64,000 nt of DNA from Candidatus Binatia bacterium. Lineage in GTDB: Bacteria > Desulfobacterota > Binatia > UBA9968 > CAXXLF01. The position numbers and the translations under genes were made by a program. The notes below the pieces were generated by a model. The model saw nothing but the letters and a program-made list of their open reading frames with translations. It searched no databases and had not been told where the DNA came from. Location of the stretch: assembly GCA_963664015.2 (NCBI GenBank), contig CAXXLF010000001.1, forward strand, positions 1 to 64,000. Reading direction: 5' to 3'. Positions within the stretch are counted from its first letter, which is position 1, and every line of letters begins with the position of its first letter. Shown piece by piece: positions 18,796-29,681 of this stretch.

Positions 18796-19784
18796 TCGGA
18801 ATCCGTAATCGAATGATTCGTCAGATTGAAAATCCATTATCCCTCGGGCTTGCAGTATTAGCGAGCTGTTTCCTCTTTCTGTCCGGATTAGCGATCCCTC
18901 TAGCCGGTGTGCTCTTGTTTCCCCTCGTCCCACAACCGGCCCTTGCCTATGGCTTGCGCCACGGCCGAGGGCCTGCGATGCTCTTGCTTCTTACGACCAC
19001 CGCCCTCCTATACCTCATTGGCGGGATAGAGACCGCACTGGGATTCGCCTTGATGGCCCTTTTGGTCATCATGCTCTCCTCCTCCTTTGGTCGGAACTGG
19101 TCTATTGAGAAGGTCGTAATGGGCACCGCTGCCGGGATGCTGGCGGCGATTTTCACTGTACTCTTGTTAATTTTTGGATCCCTCAGCCAGATTCGAGAGG
19201 CCACTAGCAATTCCTTGTACCAAAGCCTTGAACTGTCCTTGATGATTTACGAGAAGGCGGGGCTGTCCGCTGAAACCATCCAGTTGGCTCGCGAACGCTC
19301 TCCCGAAGTCATCGAGATAATCCTTCGAATCCTTCCGGCGGTTGTCTTCATTGGGTTTGTAGCGATCATTCTAATCAATCTCGTGCTCTTGTCATATCGC
19401 TTTCCCGAGTCGCGAACTGCTTTCTATTCCATTGTTGATCCCAAGGAGTGGAAAACTCCGGAAGTGGTCATCTGGTGTTTTATCCCAGCAAGTTTCGCAC
19501 TGTTCATTCCCGATAGCTTCGTCTCTATGGCTTGGGAACTTAGGACCCTTGCCTTGAACACACTGCTCATCGTTGCCCTGCTCTATTTTATCCAAGGCCT
19601 AGCCGTTGTGGCCTATTTTTTCCATCACAAGAAGGTACCTCTATTTCTACGGGGTCTCGGCTATGGTGTCATCGCCCTAGAACAACTCGCCACGCTGGGT
19701 GTCGTGGGTCTTGGCCTTTTCGACCTTTGGGGAGATTTTCGCCGATTAAAGAATCGAGATTTGAACGAGACAGAAGCCCTCTAG
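18792..19784 (+). CDS. YybS/DUF2232 family membrane protein
   Basis: Multi-TM protein, [20 protein letters not shown]; typical position between rpsR and rplI. Confidence 0.85.
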   Translation: MIGIRNRMIRQIENPLSLGLAVLASCFLFLSGLAIPLAGVLLFPLVPQPALAYGLRHGRGPAMLLLLTTTALLYLIGGIETALGFALMALLVIMLSSSFGRNWSIEKVVMGTAAGMLAAIFTVLLLIFGSLSQIREATSNSLYQSLELSLMIYEKAGLSAETIQLARERSPEVIEIILRILPAVVFIGFVAIILINLVLLSYRFPESRTAFYSIVDPKEWKTPEVVIWCFIPASFALFIPDSFVSMAWELRTLALNTLLIVALLYFIQGLAVVAYFFHHKKVPLFLRGLGYGVIALEQLATLGVVGLGLFDLWGDFRRLKNRDLNETEAL

Positions 19785-19793
19785 GAGTTAATC

Positions 19794-20237
19794 ATGCAAG
19801 TGGTTCTAAAAGAAGATATACCCAAGCTCGGCAAAATGGGAGAAGTGGTGCGGGTCAGGGATGGCTATGCCCGGAACTATCTCCTCCCTCGTGGCCTCGT
19901 TCTTCTCGCCAACAACAAGAACGTGAAATCCCTCGAGCACGAAAAGCGAATCATCACGGGGCGCAGGGATCGGGTGGTCCGTGACGCGCAAAGTTTATGT
20001 GACAAGATTGCCGCCGTTTCCCTCACCATCGGTGCGAAGTCCGGAGAAGAGGGCCGGCTCTTCGGCTCGGTAACGAACATTCACATTGAAAAGGCCCTGA
20101 GCCAACAGGGATTTCAGGTTGAGCGACGGAAGATTGATTTGCCCCAACCCATTAAGACCCTTGGAGACTTTGAGGTCCCGATACGTCTTGCCAGCGATGT
20201 AGTGGCCAATATCAAGGTTTCTGTCGTTTCTGAATAG
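19794..20237 (+). CDS. rplI: 50S ribosomal protein L9
   Basis: LGKMGEVVRVRDGYARNYLLP, GRLFGSVT, PIKTLG. Confidence 0.97.
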   Translation: MQVVLKEDIPKLGKMGEVVRVRDGYARNYLLPRGLVLLANNKNVKSLEHEKRIITGRRDRVVRDAQSLCDKIAAVSLTIGAKSGEEGRLFGSVTNIHIEKALSQQGFQVERRKIDLPQPIKTLGDFEVPIRLASDVVANIKVSVVSE

Positions 20238-20269
20238 GGCGCGGGGGGGGCTCACGAAACAGGGCCACC

Positions 20270-20980
20270 TCAAGCATTTCTTACCAAACGAAACCCATAA
20301 TCTGAATAACGAAAAGACGGATCAAGAGAACTGCGTGCGGCGCACCGACTGAATTTCACCCCATGACGCCATGAGCCGCCCCGCGATGACCGTCTCTGGC
20401 CCGCCGACGCCCCCAGGGGATTGTATTCAGGCGCAATTCGATAATAGTCGGCACTGTAAAAGTCACTGCACCACTCGTGGATGCCGCCGGCCATGTCGTA
20501 GAGTCCAAACCCGTTGGGTTCGCAGCGACCTACCGGTTCCGGACCACCCGCTTGGGTATCATAGCCAGCATAGGGTCTCTCGGTGGGATGTTCATTGCCC
20601 CAGGGGTAAAGTTTTCCATCGAGGCCGCCTCGTGCAGCCCGTTCCCATTCAGCCTCCGTCGGTAGGCGAAAAAGACATCCTTTCCGCTTGCTTAACCAGT
20701 TGCAGAAGGCAGCCGCTTCATACCAGGTAACACCAACCACAGGCTTGTCCGGATGGGAGAAGCTGGCTTCCTGATAGAAGGAGGGAAAGGAGACCAGTCC
20801 TTGCTCGGCGCAAGCCATGTACTCTCGGTTGGTCACTGGAAACCTTCCCATGCGGAACGCGTCCAGGCGAACCGGATGCAACGGTTTCTCATTGTCCAAA
20901 CGGTCTCCCTGTCCCATTAAATAGGCTCCCGCAGGGATCTGAACCATATCGGGCACCCATGCCTTTGATCCTGTATTCAT
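20270..20980 (-). CDS. SUMF1/FGE-sulfatase domain protein
   Basis: RLPTEAEWERAARGG, YPWG, NGFGLYDMAG, RGGSW, GFR. Confidence 0.9.
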   Translation of the reverse strand: MNTGSKAWVPDMVQIPAGAYLMGQGDRLDNEKPLHPVRLDAFRMGRFPVTNREYMACAEQGLVSFPSFYQEASFSHPDKPVVGVTWYEAAAFCNWLSKRKGCLFRLPTEAEWERAARGGLDGKLYPWGNEHPTERPYAGYDTQAGGPEPVGRCEPNGFGLYDMAGGIHEWCSDFYSADYYRIAPEYNPLGASAGQRRSSRGGSWRHGVKFSRCAARSSLDPSFRYSDYGFRLVRNA

Positions 20981-21010
20981 GCTAAAAAAGATATCTTTGG
21001 CGATTGAAAG

Positions 21011-21868
21011 ATGTCAAGTTTTATACGTCAGGGCGGCTTCGAATATTTTCATGGGCAGGGTCGTGTTCATATGGTTATTGCCGCATGCTTGTGGAGTCTT
21101 GCGGGAGTGTTTATCAAATCACTGGAACTCCCCGCAACCGTCATAATTTTCTACCGCAGTTTCTTCGCCTGTCTCTTCTTTCTTATCTTTGTCAATGGGC
21201 TCACCTGGAAACCCAAGGGGGCTCTGTTCGTGTCTGTTTTGAGCTACACGGCGGCCATCAGCACCTTCGTTTTGGCCAACAAATTGACCACTGCGGCTAA
21301 TGCCATCGTGTTGCAGTATACCGCTCCAATTTTTGTCTTCCTGTTTATCCGATTTGGGGAGAGGAAACCCATCGCAAGGAAAAACCTGGGGACCCTGCTG
21401 TTTGGTATGTTGGGCATCATGGTCATCTTCTGGGGGAGCACGGAGGCAAAGGATCTGAAAGGAGTCTTCATTGCCATTGGGAGCGGAGTTCTCTTTTCGG
21501 TCTATATGATCAATCTGCGATACCTAAAAGGAGTCAATCCGCTAAACTTGAACTTCTACAATAATTTTGTCTGCGCCTTAACACTACTCCCCATTGTGGG
21601 GTCCCAGCTCAACATTGAATGGGATCAATACCTGGCCCTTGGTATCATGGGGGTGGTTCAGCTAGGAATTCCCTATTTCCTTTTCTCCAAAGGGCTCGAG
21701 ACCCTGTCCCTCGAGGAGGCCGCTCTCATTGTCCTCATCGAGCCCGTTTTGAATCCAATCTGGGTTGCAACCATCGTTGGCGAGATCCCGGCCATCGGCA
21801 CATTACTCGGCGGCAGCCTCATCCTGGGGAGCCTCGGGTTCCGCTATATTTTTCTACGGTCTTCGTAA
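21011..21868 (+). CDS. DMT/EamA family transporter
   Basis: About 10 TM segments; TTAANAIVLQYTAPIFV, IEPVLNPIWV. Confidence 0.9.
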   Translation: MSSFIRQGGFEYFHGQGRVHMVIAACLWSLAGVFIKSLELPATVIIFYRSFFACLFFLIFVNGLTWKPKGALFVSVLSYTAAISTFVLANKLTTAANAIVLQYTAPIFVFLFIRFGERKPIARKNLGTLLFGMLGIMVIFWGSTEAKDLKGVFIAIGSGVLFSVYMINLRYLKGVNPLNLNFYNNFVCALTLLPIVGSQLNIEWDQYLALGIMGVVQLGIPYFLFSKGLETLSLEEAALIVLIEPVLNPIWVATIVGEIPAIGTLLGGSLILGSLGFRYIFLRSS

Positions 21869-21900
21869 CGAGTACGGTACCTATCTATGAGCCATGACCG

Positions 21901-23235
21901 TTAGAACAGACGCAAGAGATGGATAAAGATGATACCAACGGCAATTGGGCTTACGTAGCGGATCAGAAAGGACCATACTAAAAACGGAGCCTTACAAATT
22001 TCCCCTTGCTTAAACTCCTCCTGCTTTTCCTTGCGGTTCAAAACCCAGCCGACAAAACACGCGATGAGAAAAGCACCGAAGGGCAGGAGGAAGTTCGTTG
22101 CAAGCTGGTCCATGAAGTCAAAAACCGGCGACCACAAGGCGGATGGCACACCACAGAGAAAGATAATGCCCCCCATAATCCACGTGGTGGGCCGTCTGCG
22201 CCATCCCTGCTCGTCGATGAAATAGGCCACGACCACTTCCAGCAGGGAAATGGCCGACGTTAAGGCTGCAAACGTTAAAAGAATAAAAAAAGAGCTTCCA
22301 ATAACTACCCCCGCTGGCAACTGGGAAAAGGCAATGGGGAGGGTCTGGAAAATCAACCCCGGACCACTTGCAGGCTCCAGACCGAAACTAAACACGAGAG
22401 GAAAGATCACGAAACCGGCCAAGATAGCCACTAAGGTATCCCCCAGGGCGATATAAAAGGCCGATCGGACCAGATTGCTCTCTTTTTGAAGATAACTCCC
22501 GTAGGTGATCATGGCGCCCATACCCAGACTAAGAGAAAAGAAGGCCTGGCCCAAGGCCTCCAGGATACCTACGGGACTCATCTCTTCCCAACGTGGATTC
22601 AGAAGAAAGTCAACCCCGGCGCCGGCCCCCTTGGTGCCAAGGGAATAAATCATCAGGCCGCATAGAAGCAAGAAGAGCATGGGCATCATAATTTTGTTAC
22701 CCCGCTCAATCCCTCTGTGAATCCCGCCTCCGACAATACCGATGGTAAGCAGCATAAACAGCGTCTGCCATGCGATTTGCTGGGTCGGACTACCGGCTAG
22801 GGTGGTGAACATGGTCGACACTTCAGCCGTAGATCGACCGACAAAACCGTTGCTAAGGGAGAGAAAGGTATAATGGAGCACCCAGCCACCCACGACACCA
22901 TAGTAGGAGAGGATAACGAATCCACTGACGACGCCGAGCCATCCGGTGATAGCCCATGGACTGGAAGGTCTCAAGGTCCTGAAGGCTCCCACACAGTCGC
23001 GCTGTGTCTTACGACCCAGGAGAAGTTCGGCAAGCAGGATGGGGATGCCAACCGCTAACACACAGCCCATATAGACAAGGACAAAGGCTCCTCCGCCATG
23101 CTGTCCCGTGATGTATGGGAAACGCCATATGTTTCCCAACCCGATAGCGGAACCAATGGCCGCCAGTAGAAAACCGATATTGCTGGACCAGATTCCGCGG
23201 TGCAGCATGCGAGCAAGGGACTTATCTTCGCTCAT
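21901..23235 (-). CDS. Sodium-dependent transporter, NSS/SNF family
   Basis: GSAIGLGNIWRFPY, GQAFFSLSLG, FAALTSAISLLE. Confidence 0.95.
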   Translation of the reverse strand: MSEDKSLARMLHRGIWSSNIGFLLAAIGSAIGLGNIWRFPYITGQHGGGAFVLVYMGCVLAVGIPILLAELLLGRKTQRDCVGAFRTLRPSSPWAITGWLGVVSGFVILSYYGVVGGWVLHYTFLSLSNGFVGRSTAEVSTMFTTLAGSPTQQIAWQTLFMLLTIGIVGGGIHRGIERGNKIMMPMLFLLLCGLMIYSLGTKGAGAGVDFLLNPRWEEMSPVGILEALGQAFFSLSLGMGAMITYGSYLQKESNLVRSAFYIALGDTLVAILAGFVIFPLVFSFGLEPASGPGLIFQTLPIAFSQLPAGVVIGSSFFILLTFAALTSAISLLEVVVAYFIDEQGWRRRPTTWIMGGIIFLCGVPSALWSPVFDFMDQLATNFLLPFGAFLIACFVGWVLNRKEKQEEFKQGEICKAPFLVWSFLIRYVSPIAVGIIFIHLLRLF

Positions 23236-23257
23236 AGGCCTCGATCTTGGGTTTGGT

Positions 23258-23692
23258 TTAGGAGTCTTGATAGGTACGATTGTTCCGGTTGCTTACCTTG
23301 CTGGCCAAGGTCATGCGGACAGCTATCGAAAACCCTTGTCCCAAAGAACCGGTCGAGGCTTCCAGAATAGGGAACCGATGGTGCTCCCGATGGACCTGAA
23401 GCCGGCTGTTGAGTTTTCGCATGGTCAAGAGATCTTCACGGGGAAAATAACCGGCTTTGGCCAAAACCGCGGATGGGGTAGGAACACAGTGCCCTTTGGA
23501 CAGGACCATGCGGTCCCACTCGGCCCGCTGAGGGGGGTTAGGCCTACGCCGAAGCTCGTTGAAGAAGAGGATGGTGAGCAGGTCAATGCACGAAAATGAA
23601 CCACCGGGGTGTCCGGAACCGGCTTCAACCGGCATGCGAATAACCTCGACCCTGAGCTCCCTGGCAATGGCCTTGAGTTCTGCCGGGTTCAT
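23258..23692 (-). pseudogene. Truncated transketolase N-terminal subunit
   Basis: GSGHPGGS, DRMVLSKGH, STGSLGQG; ends before the GDG ThDP-binding motif; LQGH eroded to LQVH. Confidence 0.8.
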
Positions 23693-24093
23693 TATCCTTC
23701 ACCATAATCCCGTACTGCACCAGGTACCAATTGGATAGATGAACATCCCATGGGATCGATTGGGCTCACTCGGAACTCCCATGAGACGGTAGTGGGTCGT
23801 TGGAAGTGGAACACTGTTACAAGATGCTCGAATCTAGAGTTAATGGATTGACGGGTAACTGTTTTCAGGCAAAAAGGCAAGGTTTAAAATCTCAGGTGTG
23901 TCAATTTTTGGCAATTCCACCCCAGGCTCGTAATGCACCCCGGGTCTTTAGCCCATATCTGGACGCTTTACACGTGTGAAATAGAATAGTTGGACGCTCG
24001 GCGGAAAGTGATGCCTTGGCATTCTATTGGCATCTCAGCAAAGAGGGGCATTGGGATCTTTTCCTTTATTTTCCAGGAATCTACGGAGGAGTA

Positions 24094-24495
24094 ATCGACG
24101 TTTATCAGCTATTGGCCTTCGGCGTCAAACAGGGGGCATCGGACTGGCATCTGAGTGCCGGTGAACCCCCGCTCTTTCGTATCCACGGGGACTTGAAGAG
24201 GCTTGATCACCCAGTTATCAATCGGGAACAGGTCCACTTGATGCTTTACGACATTATGAACGATGCCCAACGTCGGGGCTTTGAAGAAACACTGGAAGTC
24301 GACTTCTCTTTCGAGATGGGTGACATCCCCCGCTTTCGTGTGAACGTTTTTATGCAACGCAACGGTGAGGCTGCTGTCTTCCGGACCATTCCTGCCAGCG
24401 TTTTCACCATGGATGAGCTGGCGATACCCAAGATTGCCAAGGATCTATGTCAGAAATAAAAGAGTCTGATCCTGGTGACCGGACCCACGGGTGTG
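24094..24495 (+). pseudogene. pilT: PilT (type IV pilus retraction ATPase) remnant
   Basis: GASDWHLSAGEPP, RFRVNVF, AAVFRTIP; in-frame TAA at 24457-24459, then KSLILVTGPTG; similarity ends inside Walker A; no ATG after the GGAGGA RBS. Confidence 0.85.
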
Positions 24496-25056
24496 GAGGT
24501 CCACGGCGCTAATGCACTAAAAATTCCTACCCTCCTATCACCTTGTGACTCCAGCTTCAATGACGGTAGCAGCATTACGGGAGGGCATTACAGCTCGGCA
24601 ACCGAAGAATGGAAGTCTGTTGGGAGCAATCCCGTCAAAACATCCGAAGGCATCTATTGCCTTAAAAGCATCGATTTAAGTGAAGGAGCCCTCTCACGAT
24701 CACAGGGCCCGTTACGATCTATCTCTGGGAGAAAGGCAATCTCATGGGCGGAGGTATCCATAACCTAACGCTTGTGGCTGCGAACTTAAAGTTCATCTCT
24801 GCCTATTGATCGAGCGATTCCGGCATAATCCTCTCCGGCGGCAACAGGGCTTAAATGGTCCTCTACGCTCCCCACACGGGAGTTCGGTTCCTCGGGGAAA
24901 AAGATTTATTCGGCGCCGTAATCGCATCAAGGATCGAGAACAAGCGAGGGACGAGGATTCATTTCGACCGGGCCCTTGAAAAGGACCAGGCTGTGCTGGC
25001 AAGGAGAATTGGCTGGAGAGAACTCTTCTAGAAGCTCTTCTCAACGGCAAAAGACG

Positions 25057-26175
25057 CTACCCCGTGGCCAAAAGCTGCTCGTGCCCCTTCTTGGAAATGG
25101 GAGCCATCCCGCTATAAATCAGCGACCAGTGATCACCGCCATTGTCGCTGCAGTAAACCTCCCCGGACGTCGTTGCGGCAAAGACCGAGAAGGATTGGCC
25201 CCAATCCTCCAGACAAAGGGCTCCGACTTCGTGCCGCATCCGGTCCGGTAAACCATGGCCCAATGTTTCCCAGGTTCGCGCCCCGTCAGTAGAACGAAAT
25301 ATCCTAGAACCCGAATAGCCTGGCGTTTCCGAATCACGCCACCGGGCCGGGTTATGTTCCGCTGCCGAGACAAACATGGTATCCGGTCGCCCGGGGTGGA
25401 GAACAAATCCATCGGGGTAGACATCGGGAGACCAATCGGGGCTGTTCCACCGTTCCCAGTGCCCGCCACCGTCAGAGGTTACATAGAGTCCGGCACCACC
25501 ACTAACGTAGATCCGTTTCGGATCACGGGGGTCGATGATGGCCTTGTGAATATCGTAAAAGTGCTCTACTGGACGATTTTGGTCCGCTAAGAGTCCTACC
25601 GTGTTCAGCTCCGCCCAGCTCTCTCCCGAATCCCGGCTAATTAATAATGCTCCTTGTTCAATGCATGCGTAAAGAGTCGATGGTTCGTCAGGGGCAAAGG
25701 TAATAAATTTTGTATGGGCGATATGGGGTGGGGCAGGGAAACTCCACTTGGGGGCACTGGGCACCGAGCGGAGGGCAGGCAACTCTCTCCAATGAAAGCC
25801 AAGGTCGTCGCTGGTGAAGAGGTGTGCCGGTTCCGTTCCCGCGTAGAGCCGCACCTTACCTTTATCATTCACTGAAGCAAGGCTATAGACATCCTCTACC
25901 GTCAATCCGTTGCTGCGCCGATCCCAGGTCTCACCACCATCACGGCTAGCGAATACAGGACCAAAAAAGGCACCGGCAAATATCGTTTCGCTCTCCGGTT
26001 CAATTATGAGGGAACTGATGAACCAGTCGGTCAGGGAGGTGTGGACACGCCGCCATTGGGAATCACCTAGGTGTTCGAGGACAACCACCCCTTGTTTGGT
26101 CCCCACCAATATTTGCTTAGAACGAGACGAAGAAGAGTAAATGTTGGAGCCGCCGTGAGATAGTGCAATAGGCAT
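25057..26175 (-). CDS. BNR/Asp-box beta-propeller protein (glycosyl hydrolase-like)
   Basis: Repeated SxDGGxTW boxes; GTEPAHLF; WSFPAPPHIAH. Confidence 0.85.
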   Translation of the reverse strand: MPIALSHGGSNIYSSSSRSKQILVGTKQGVVVLEHLGDSQWRRVHTSLTDWFISSLIIEPESETIFAGAFFGPVFASRDGGETWDRRSNGLTVEDVYSLASVNDKGKVRLYAGTEPAHLFTSDDLGFHWRELPALRSVPSAPKWSFPAPPHIAHTKFITFAPDEPSTLYACIEQGALLISRDSGESWAELNTVGLLADQNRPVEHFYDIHKAIIDPRDPKRIYVSGGAGLYVTSDGGGHWERWNSPDWSPDVYPDGFVLHPGRPDTMFVSAAEHNPARWRDSETPGYSGSRIFRSTDGARTWETLGHGLPDRMRHEVGALCLEDWGQSFSVFAATTSGEVYCSDNGGDHWSLIYSGMAPISKKGHEQLLATG

Positions 26176-26525
26176 GGTTGTAGCCTCCTTTTTTTGCGCT
26201 ACGGTCCCTCAAAAGCATTCGAATGTAGTGAGTAGCTACCTCAGATTAGGTCGAGATGGAAGGATTATCATAGGCTTTTATTAACAACGAGCGAGGAACA
26301 TTTTAGGAAACCAACCATGGGGTACGTCAAGCAACGTATTGACTTATGGCGCATCCCATTGAATAATTCTCGGCTCGTCAACAAGGGAGGGGAGAAGGAT
26401 ACGGCCAATGGGAAGTTCTCAGTCTGCCATTGGTCATATTTCAAGAACCCCTACTTTTTCCCTTTTCATTCATGAAGCAAAAAGGCAAAGCCGGAGAAAG
26501 ATCAAATATAATAAGGAGGTAGATC

Positions 26526-27185
26526 ATGGCACTTCATGTTGGAGAAGAGGCTCCCAATTTTACCGCGGAAACGACGAAAGGAACCGTCAACTTCCACGAA
26601 TGGATTGGAAACGGATGGGCCGTTCTGTTTTTCAATCCGAAGGATTTCACCCCGGTTTGTACGACCAAACTCGGGAGCGTGGCTGGTCTCAAATCAGAAT
26701 TTACCAAGCAAAACTGTAAGATCATGGGTCTCAGTATCGATCCGGTCTCCGATCACAAAAAATGGTCCAAAGATATCGAGGAAGCCACGGGCCACCCGGT
26801 GAACTATCCGCTGATCGGGGACTTTGATTTCAAGGTTGCCAAACTGTACGATATGATTCCCCCGGATACTAGCGGGACTGCGGAGGGACGAACCGCCGCA
26901 GACAATTCGATGGCGCGCACCGTGTTTGTCATTGGACCGGACAAGAAAATCAAGCTGATGCTCACCTACCCGATGACCACGGGTCGCAATTTCAATGAGG
27001 TGTTACGAGTGGTTGACTCCATGCAGTTAATCGCGAAGCATCAGGTCGCCACGCCGGCGAACCGAAACCAAGGTGACGATGTCATCATTGTCCCCTCGGT
27101 TTCCAATGAAGATGCGCAAAAGAAGTATCCAGGGGGTTTTAAGACCGTAAACCCGTATCTTCGACTCGTGTCGCAGCCCAAGTAG
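26526..27185 (+). CDS. 1-Cys peroxiredoxin (Prx6 family)
   Basis: PKDFTPVCTT, YPMTTGRNFNEVLRVVDS.QL, VATPAN; AAGGAGG RBS. Confidence 0.9.
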   Translation: MALHVGEEAPNFTAETTKGTVNFHEWIGNGWAVLFFNPKDFTPVCTTKLGSVAGLKSEFTKQNCKIMGLSIDPVSDHKKWSKDIEEATGHPVNYPLIGDFDFKVAKLYDMIPPDTSGTAEGRTAADNSMARTVFVIGPDKKIKLMLTYPMTTGRNFNEVLRVVDSMQLIAKHQVATPANRNQGDDVIIVPSVSNEDAQKKYPGGFKTVNPYLRLVSQPK

Positions 27186-27206
27186 AACAGCTTTTTGAGT
27201 AAGTTC

Positions 27207-27235
27207 AAAGAGGCGCCGCTTGGCGCCTCTTTTTT
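27207..27235 (+). terminator. Intrinsic terminator between convergent genes, possibly bidirectional
   Basis: AAAGAGGCGCC-GCTT-GGCGCCTCTTTTTT. Confidence 0.85.
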
Positions 27236-27283
27236 GGGTCAACCATGATGGATCAGTCCCACCCGGTCTGGAACCGTTAGAAA

Positions 27284-28291
27284 TCAAACTTCAAGGGGAA
27301 TTCCCGCTGCATTCATTTTTTTGAACTGTTCCCAGGTCGAGCGTATCCATTGGGCACAGGCCACATTGTGCTCAAAGAGGGAATATTTGGCGTTTTGCCC
27401 GTAGTCCAAGGTATCAATCATCTCCGTATTGATATACTGGAGCGGGCTTTTGGGATGGGTAAGATGATAGCGAAGTACCCGGCGTAAGGCTTCCTTGGGC
27501 ACTTCGAGCCTCCAGGCCTCCCATGGGGAGTGCCATTGCCCGGGCTCGGGCCTTAAAAAGGGATACTGGATACCCCGCCCCGGGTTGCCCTTGTAATCCT
27601 TGGCCCAAAGGTTTTTGGGATTATTGGGGACCGCAGGCCGGAACTGGGCGTAGACCACCATTCCCATATCGAGCCACTGCTGGCATAGACTACCGTTGTC
27701 GAACGGGTCCAGAATTACCCGTCCAGCGGCCACCTCTTCACGGATACCCGAACGATCCTGTTCCTCAGGGTTGTCGATCTTGAAGGCGCAATGGCTATAA
27801 TCCATGGTGAAGTTAAATGGGATACCCCGCGCTCGGACTTTCTCTGCAACCGGTACGACCCGGCGGAAATCCTCGGACCACATATTGATGTGGAGCTCGA
27901 AGGTCGGCTTGATACCAAGCTGTTCGCCCAATTCCCAGGTCCGAGAGTAGCAGTCGACCACCTCATCATCGGTTACCACATGACCATCCGCATGATGGGT
28001 AAAGATCATGATGTTGTGCATCTTCAAGCCGGCTCGGGCGCCGTTCATGAGGTACTGTTCCAGCAGAGCCTCGTCCTTACCCAAGCGGTAGTACCAAGTA
28101 CCCGTGTGCACAGGGACCCCGTATTTCTCGGAACAACGAATATATTCGTCGACCAGATCAGTCGGCGGAAGCCGATCCAGATAGTCAAATACACCCGAGT
28201 CCCGGATCATCTGAAACTGGGTATCCACAGACACATCCTGCGTATGTCTAATGCCTCGCCACTGGCAGCCGAGCAGAAATTCCTTGGCCAT
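27284..28291 (-). CDS. Xylose isomerase-like TIM-barrel protein
   Basis: FELHINMWSEDF, FTMDYSH, INTEMI metal-site pattern of the AP-endonuclease-2 / xylose-isomerase-like fold. Confidence 0.7.
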   Translation of the reverse strand: MAKEFLLGCQWRGIRHTQDVSVDTQFQMIRDSGVFDYLDRLPPTDLVDEYIRCSEKYGVPVHTGTWYYRLGKDEALLEQYLMNGARAGLKMHNIMIFTHHADGHVVTDDEVVDCYSRTWELGEQLGIKPTFELHINMWSEDFRRVVPVAEKVRARGIPFNFTMDYSHCAFKIDNPEEQDRSGIREEVAAGRVILDPFDNGSLCQQWLDMGMVVYAQFRPAVPNNPKNLWAKDYKGNPGRGIQYPFLRPEPGQWHSPWEAWRLEVPKEALRRVLRYHLTHPKSPLQYINTEMIDTLDYGQNAKYSLFEHNVACAQWIRSTWEQFKKMNAAGIPLEV

Positions 28292-28446
28292 TTTATTTCC
28301 CCCACTGGTTATCGCTGAGTCCAACGATATCGATAGCCGTGTTTCCTAACCATCCAATCGCTATGGGTCCTGATCCGAGGTCGAGATTAACTGGTTTGAC
28401 TCTCGGGGAAAACTATCGTATCTTACTCGGCTGGGAGGTTCAACTT

Positions 28447-29556
28447 ATGAGATTATTTACATTATTGATAATTGGATTTTTAGCATTTGTAGGGCCAGCA
28501 CAGGTAAATGCTGGATGGCAGGACGAATGGGAAAAAACCGTGGCTGCGGCCAAAAAAGAAGGTCAGGTTTCGGTTATGGGCCCGTTGGGATCAAACACCC
28601 GGGACGCCCTGACTGGGCCTTTCATGAAAAAATATGGGATTACGGTCGAGTATTTCGGCGGCCGGGGTGGCCGTCTATCCACCCGGGCCGGGTTGGAACG
28701 CCGAGCGGGCCGATATTTATGGGATGTGTTTGTCGGCGGCACCACGACCGGTTTGACCACCATGATCCCCCTAAAGGCTTTCGACCCCTTAGAACCATCC
28801 CTGATTTTACCTGATGTCAAGAACCCTAAGAATTGGCGCGGGGGTGAGATCGAATTTGTCGATCCCGGCCGTCAGATGGTCGTTATGACTCCTACCCACC
28901 GGGTACTCTTGGCGGTGAATTCTAATATAGTTAAGCCGGGAACGTTTAAATCCCTCAAGGATTTGCTCAAGCCCGAGTGGAGGGGAAAGTTCGTGATGGC
29001 CGATCCAAGGCGACCAGGCTCGGCACAGGCGACTTTTCTATTTTTCCTGCTACACCCAGATTTAGGGCTCGATTTCATCAATGCGTTGGCAGCCAACGAC
29101 CCGGTCATGATCGGTGACCCAGGTGTCGCCATGGATGGGGTTGCCAGGGGAAAATACCCGGTCATTCTGGCTCCCCGGTCGAGTATTCTTTCCGACTATC
29201 TGAGGCGAGGACTTCCCCTTGCCATAGTGGATCCGACCACCGTTAAGGAGGGTTCGGACATCAGCCCCGGAGCCGGTGCCCTCGCCGTTTTCAATCGCCC
29301 CCCTCACCCCAATGCAGCCAAGGTTTATACCAACTGGCTACTCACCAAAGAAGGGCAGTACGAGCTCGGAAAAGCATTATTCTATGTCAGCGCCCGCCTG
29401 GATGTCCCTAATGACTACTATGCGAACGAGCTCTGGCGCGTACCGCGTCCAGGGGCCATCAAGACCTATGATGTAGCCGCAATGAAAAATAAGGATAGAC
29501 TTCGGTCAATTCTCAACAAAGCTTTTGGTAGTAGAACTAAAAAACGGAGCAAATAG
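28447..29556 (+). CDS. ABC transporter substrate-binding protein (Fe3+/thiamine-type)
   Basis: Signal peptide, WEKTVAAAKKEG, DLLKPEWRGK, PHPNAAKVYTNWLLTKEGQ. Confidence 0.88.
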   Translation: MRLFTLLIIGFLAFVGPAQVNAGWQDEWEKTVAAAKKEGQVSVMGPLGSNTRDALTGPFMKKYGITVEYFGGRGGRLSTRAGLERRAGRYLWDVFVGGTTTGLTTMIPLKAFDPLEPSLILPDVKNPKNWRGGEIEFVDPGRQMVVMTPTHRVLLAVNSNIVKPGTFKSLKDLLKPEWRGKFVMADPRRPGSAQATFLFFLLHPDLGLDFINALAANDPVMIGDPGVAMDGVARGKYPVILAPRSSILSDYLRRGLPLAIVDPTTVKEGSDISPGAGALAVFNRPPHPNAAKVYTNWLLTKEGQYELGKALFYVSARLDVPNDYYANELWRVPRPGAIKTYDVAAMKNKDRLRSILNKAFGSRTKKRSK

Positions 29557-29648
29557 CATCGTGTACTTTATCCCGGTGAAATTGGGGCCCCTCCCTAATT
29601 TTCACTAAAACATTCCATCTCAGTGAATTTGGAATCATCCAATAGACT

Positions 29649-29681
29649 AACCGGCGGTCCAAACTGGATCGCCGGTTTTTT
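29649..29681 (+). terminator. Intrinsic terminator
   Basis: AACCGGCGGTCC-AAACT-GGATCGCCGGTTTTTT. Confidence 0.8.

Noticed and set aside
23692-23880. 62-aa minus-strand ORF upstream of the transketolase remnant
   Set aside because: No recognisable family, RBS or convincing start codon.
26326-26343. GTCAA-N8-TTGAC palindrome
   Set aside because: Most simply the back-to-back -35 boxes of divergent promoters; no regulator can be assigned.
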